The translations under genes were made by a program, and so were the position numbers. From Rhynchopus sp. YZ270_cl-10 (taxonomy: Eukaryota), in the NCBI GenBank assembly GCA_964035575.1, contig OZ037836.1, positions 992,001-1,056,000 on the forward strand: a DNA stretch of 64,000 nt, in the 5' to 3' direction. Positions 63,590 to 64,000 of this stretch are shown here, piece by piece; positions within the stretch are counted from its first letter, which is position 1; every line of letters begins with the position of its first letter. The notes beneath the pieces were generated by a model. The model saw nothing but the letters and a program-made list of their open reading frames with translations, was not told where the DNA came from and did no database searches.

Positions 63590-64000
63590 TCCACCACCCC
63601 TTCTTTATTTATTCGTTGTTCTTTGTTGATCGCATCCATCCTTTTTTCGAACCCCAAAAGTCCCGCAAAAACCCCGAAAACCCCTGTCCTGAAGTAAGAC
63701 TCATGGCACCCGAAGAACGCGTCTTTCATTTCCAGACGTATTGCATACTCATACAAAAAAATAAGACATGGGTTTTTGTGGGGATTCTTTTGCTTTTTGC
63801 AGCACAGAGTAAAATACCACAATGTGTGGAACGTCTTGCTCAGCACAGCTCTCCTCTCGCACTAAGTAGTAGTCTGTGCCACGGTGAGCAAGACTGTGCC
63901 CCTCTTCTTCTCCGAACCAGAGGACGCAAGCAGACATACTGCCAGAGACCCTCCACCTCGGGGAGGTGCTGCCCTGCCACCAACACACCACGTCGTCATT
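63590..64000 (-). repeat. Start of duplication unit 3: 3' flank and stop codon (63996-63998) of a third Ubl-LRR paralog
   Basis: 63590-63750 resembles 35135-35330; 63755-64000 resembles 36485-36721. Confidence 0.85.

Overview
Eukaryotic, transposon-saturated DNA with no prokaryotic operons, CRISPR arrays, rRNA or tRNA. Short GT-AG introns, putative polypyrimidine-AG acceptors and a receptor-type cyclase-like gene suggest a euglenozoan, possibly diplonemid-like, protist (inference). Host-like genes: a chimeric desaturase-fragment/PE-methyltransferase ORF (1140-2543) and a tandemly duplicated unit of [receptor cyclase-like gene + ubiquitin-like/LRR gene] (25.5-30.3 kb, 32.3-37.6 kb, third copy starting at the right edge). 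The rest is nested DNA transposons delimited by eye from TIRs and TSDs. Three have CAC...GTG ends with 2-bp TSDs (3270-9324, 40526-49361, 49611-51396) and two have CATAGATGG ends with ~6-bp TSDs (9865-25360, 51756-59508); several MITEs are also present. Highlights: (i) a RAG1/Transib/CMC-type DDE transposase with C-terminal C2H2 fingers plus an intron-containing partner gene inside an element with CACGGTG termini; (ii) one shared internal core (Ulp1-protease-like remnant + GGGTACCT repeat) bracketed by unrelated TIR sets; (iii) a head-to-head palindrome of two hAT transposase genes; (iv) a CRE-like retroelement whose endonuclease is followed in frame by OTU protease, zinc-finger and repeat domains; (v) an 11-kb homogeneous 406-bp satellite inside a transposon; (vi) Ubl-LRR paralogs with divergence concentrated in the LRRs. 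All family calls are motif recognition by eye; no searches were run.
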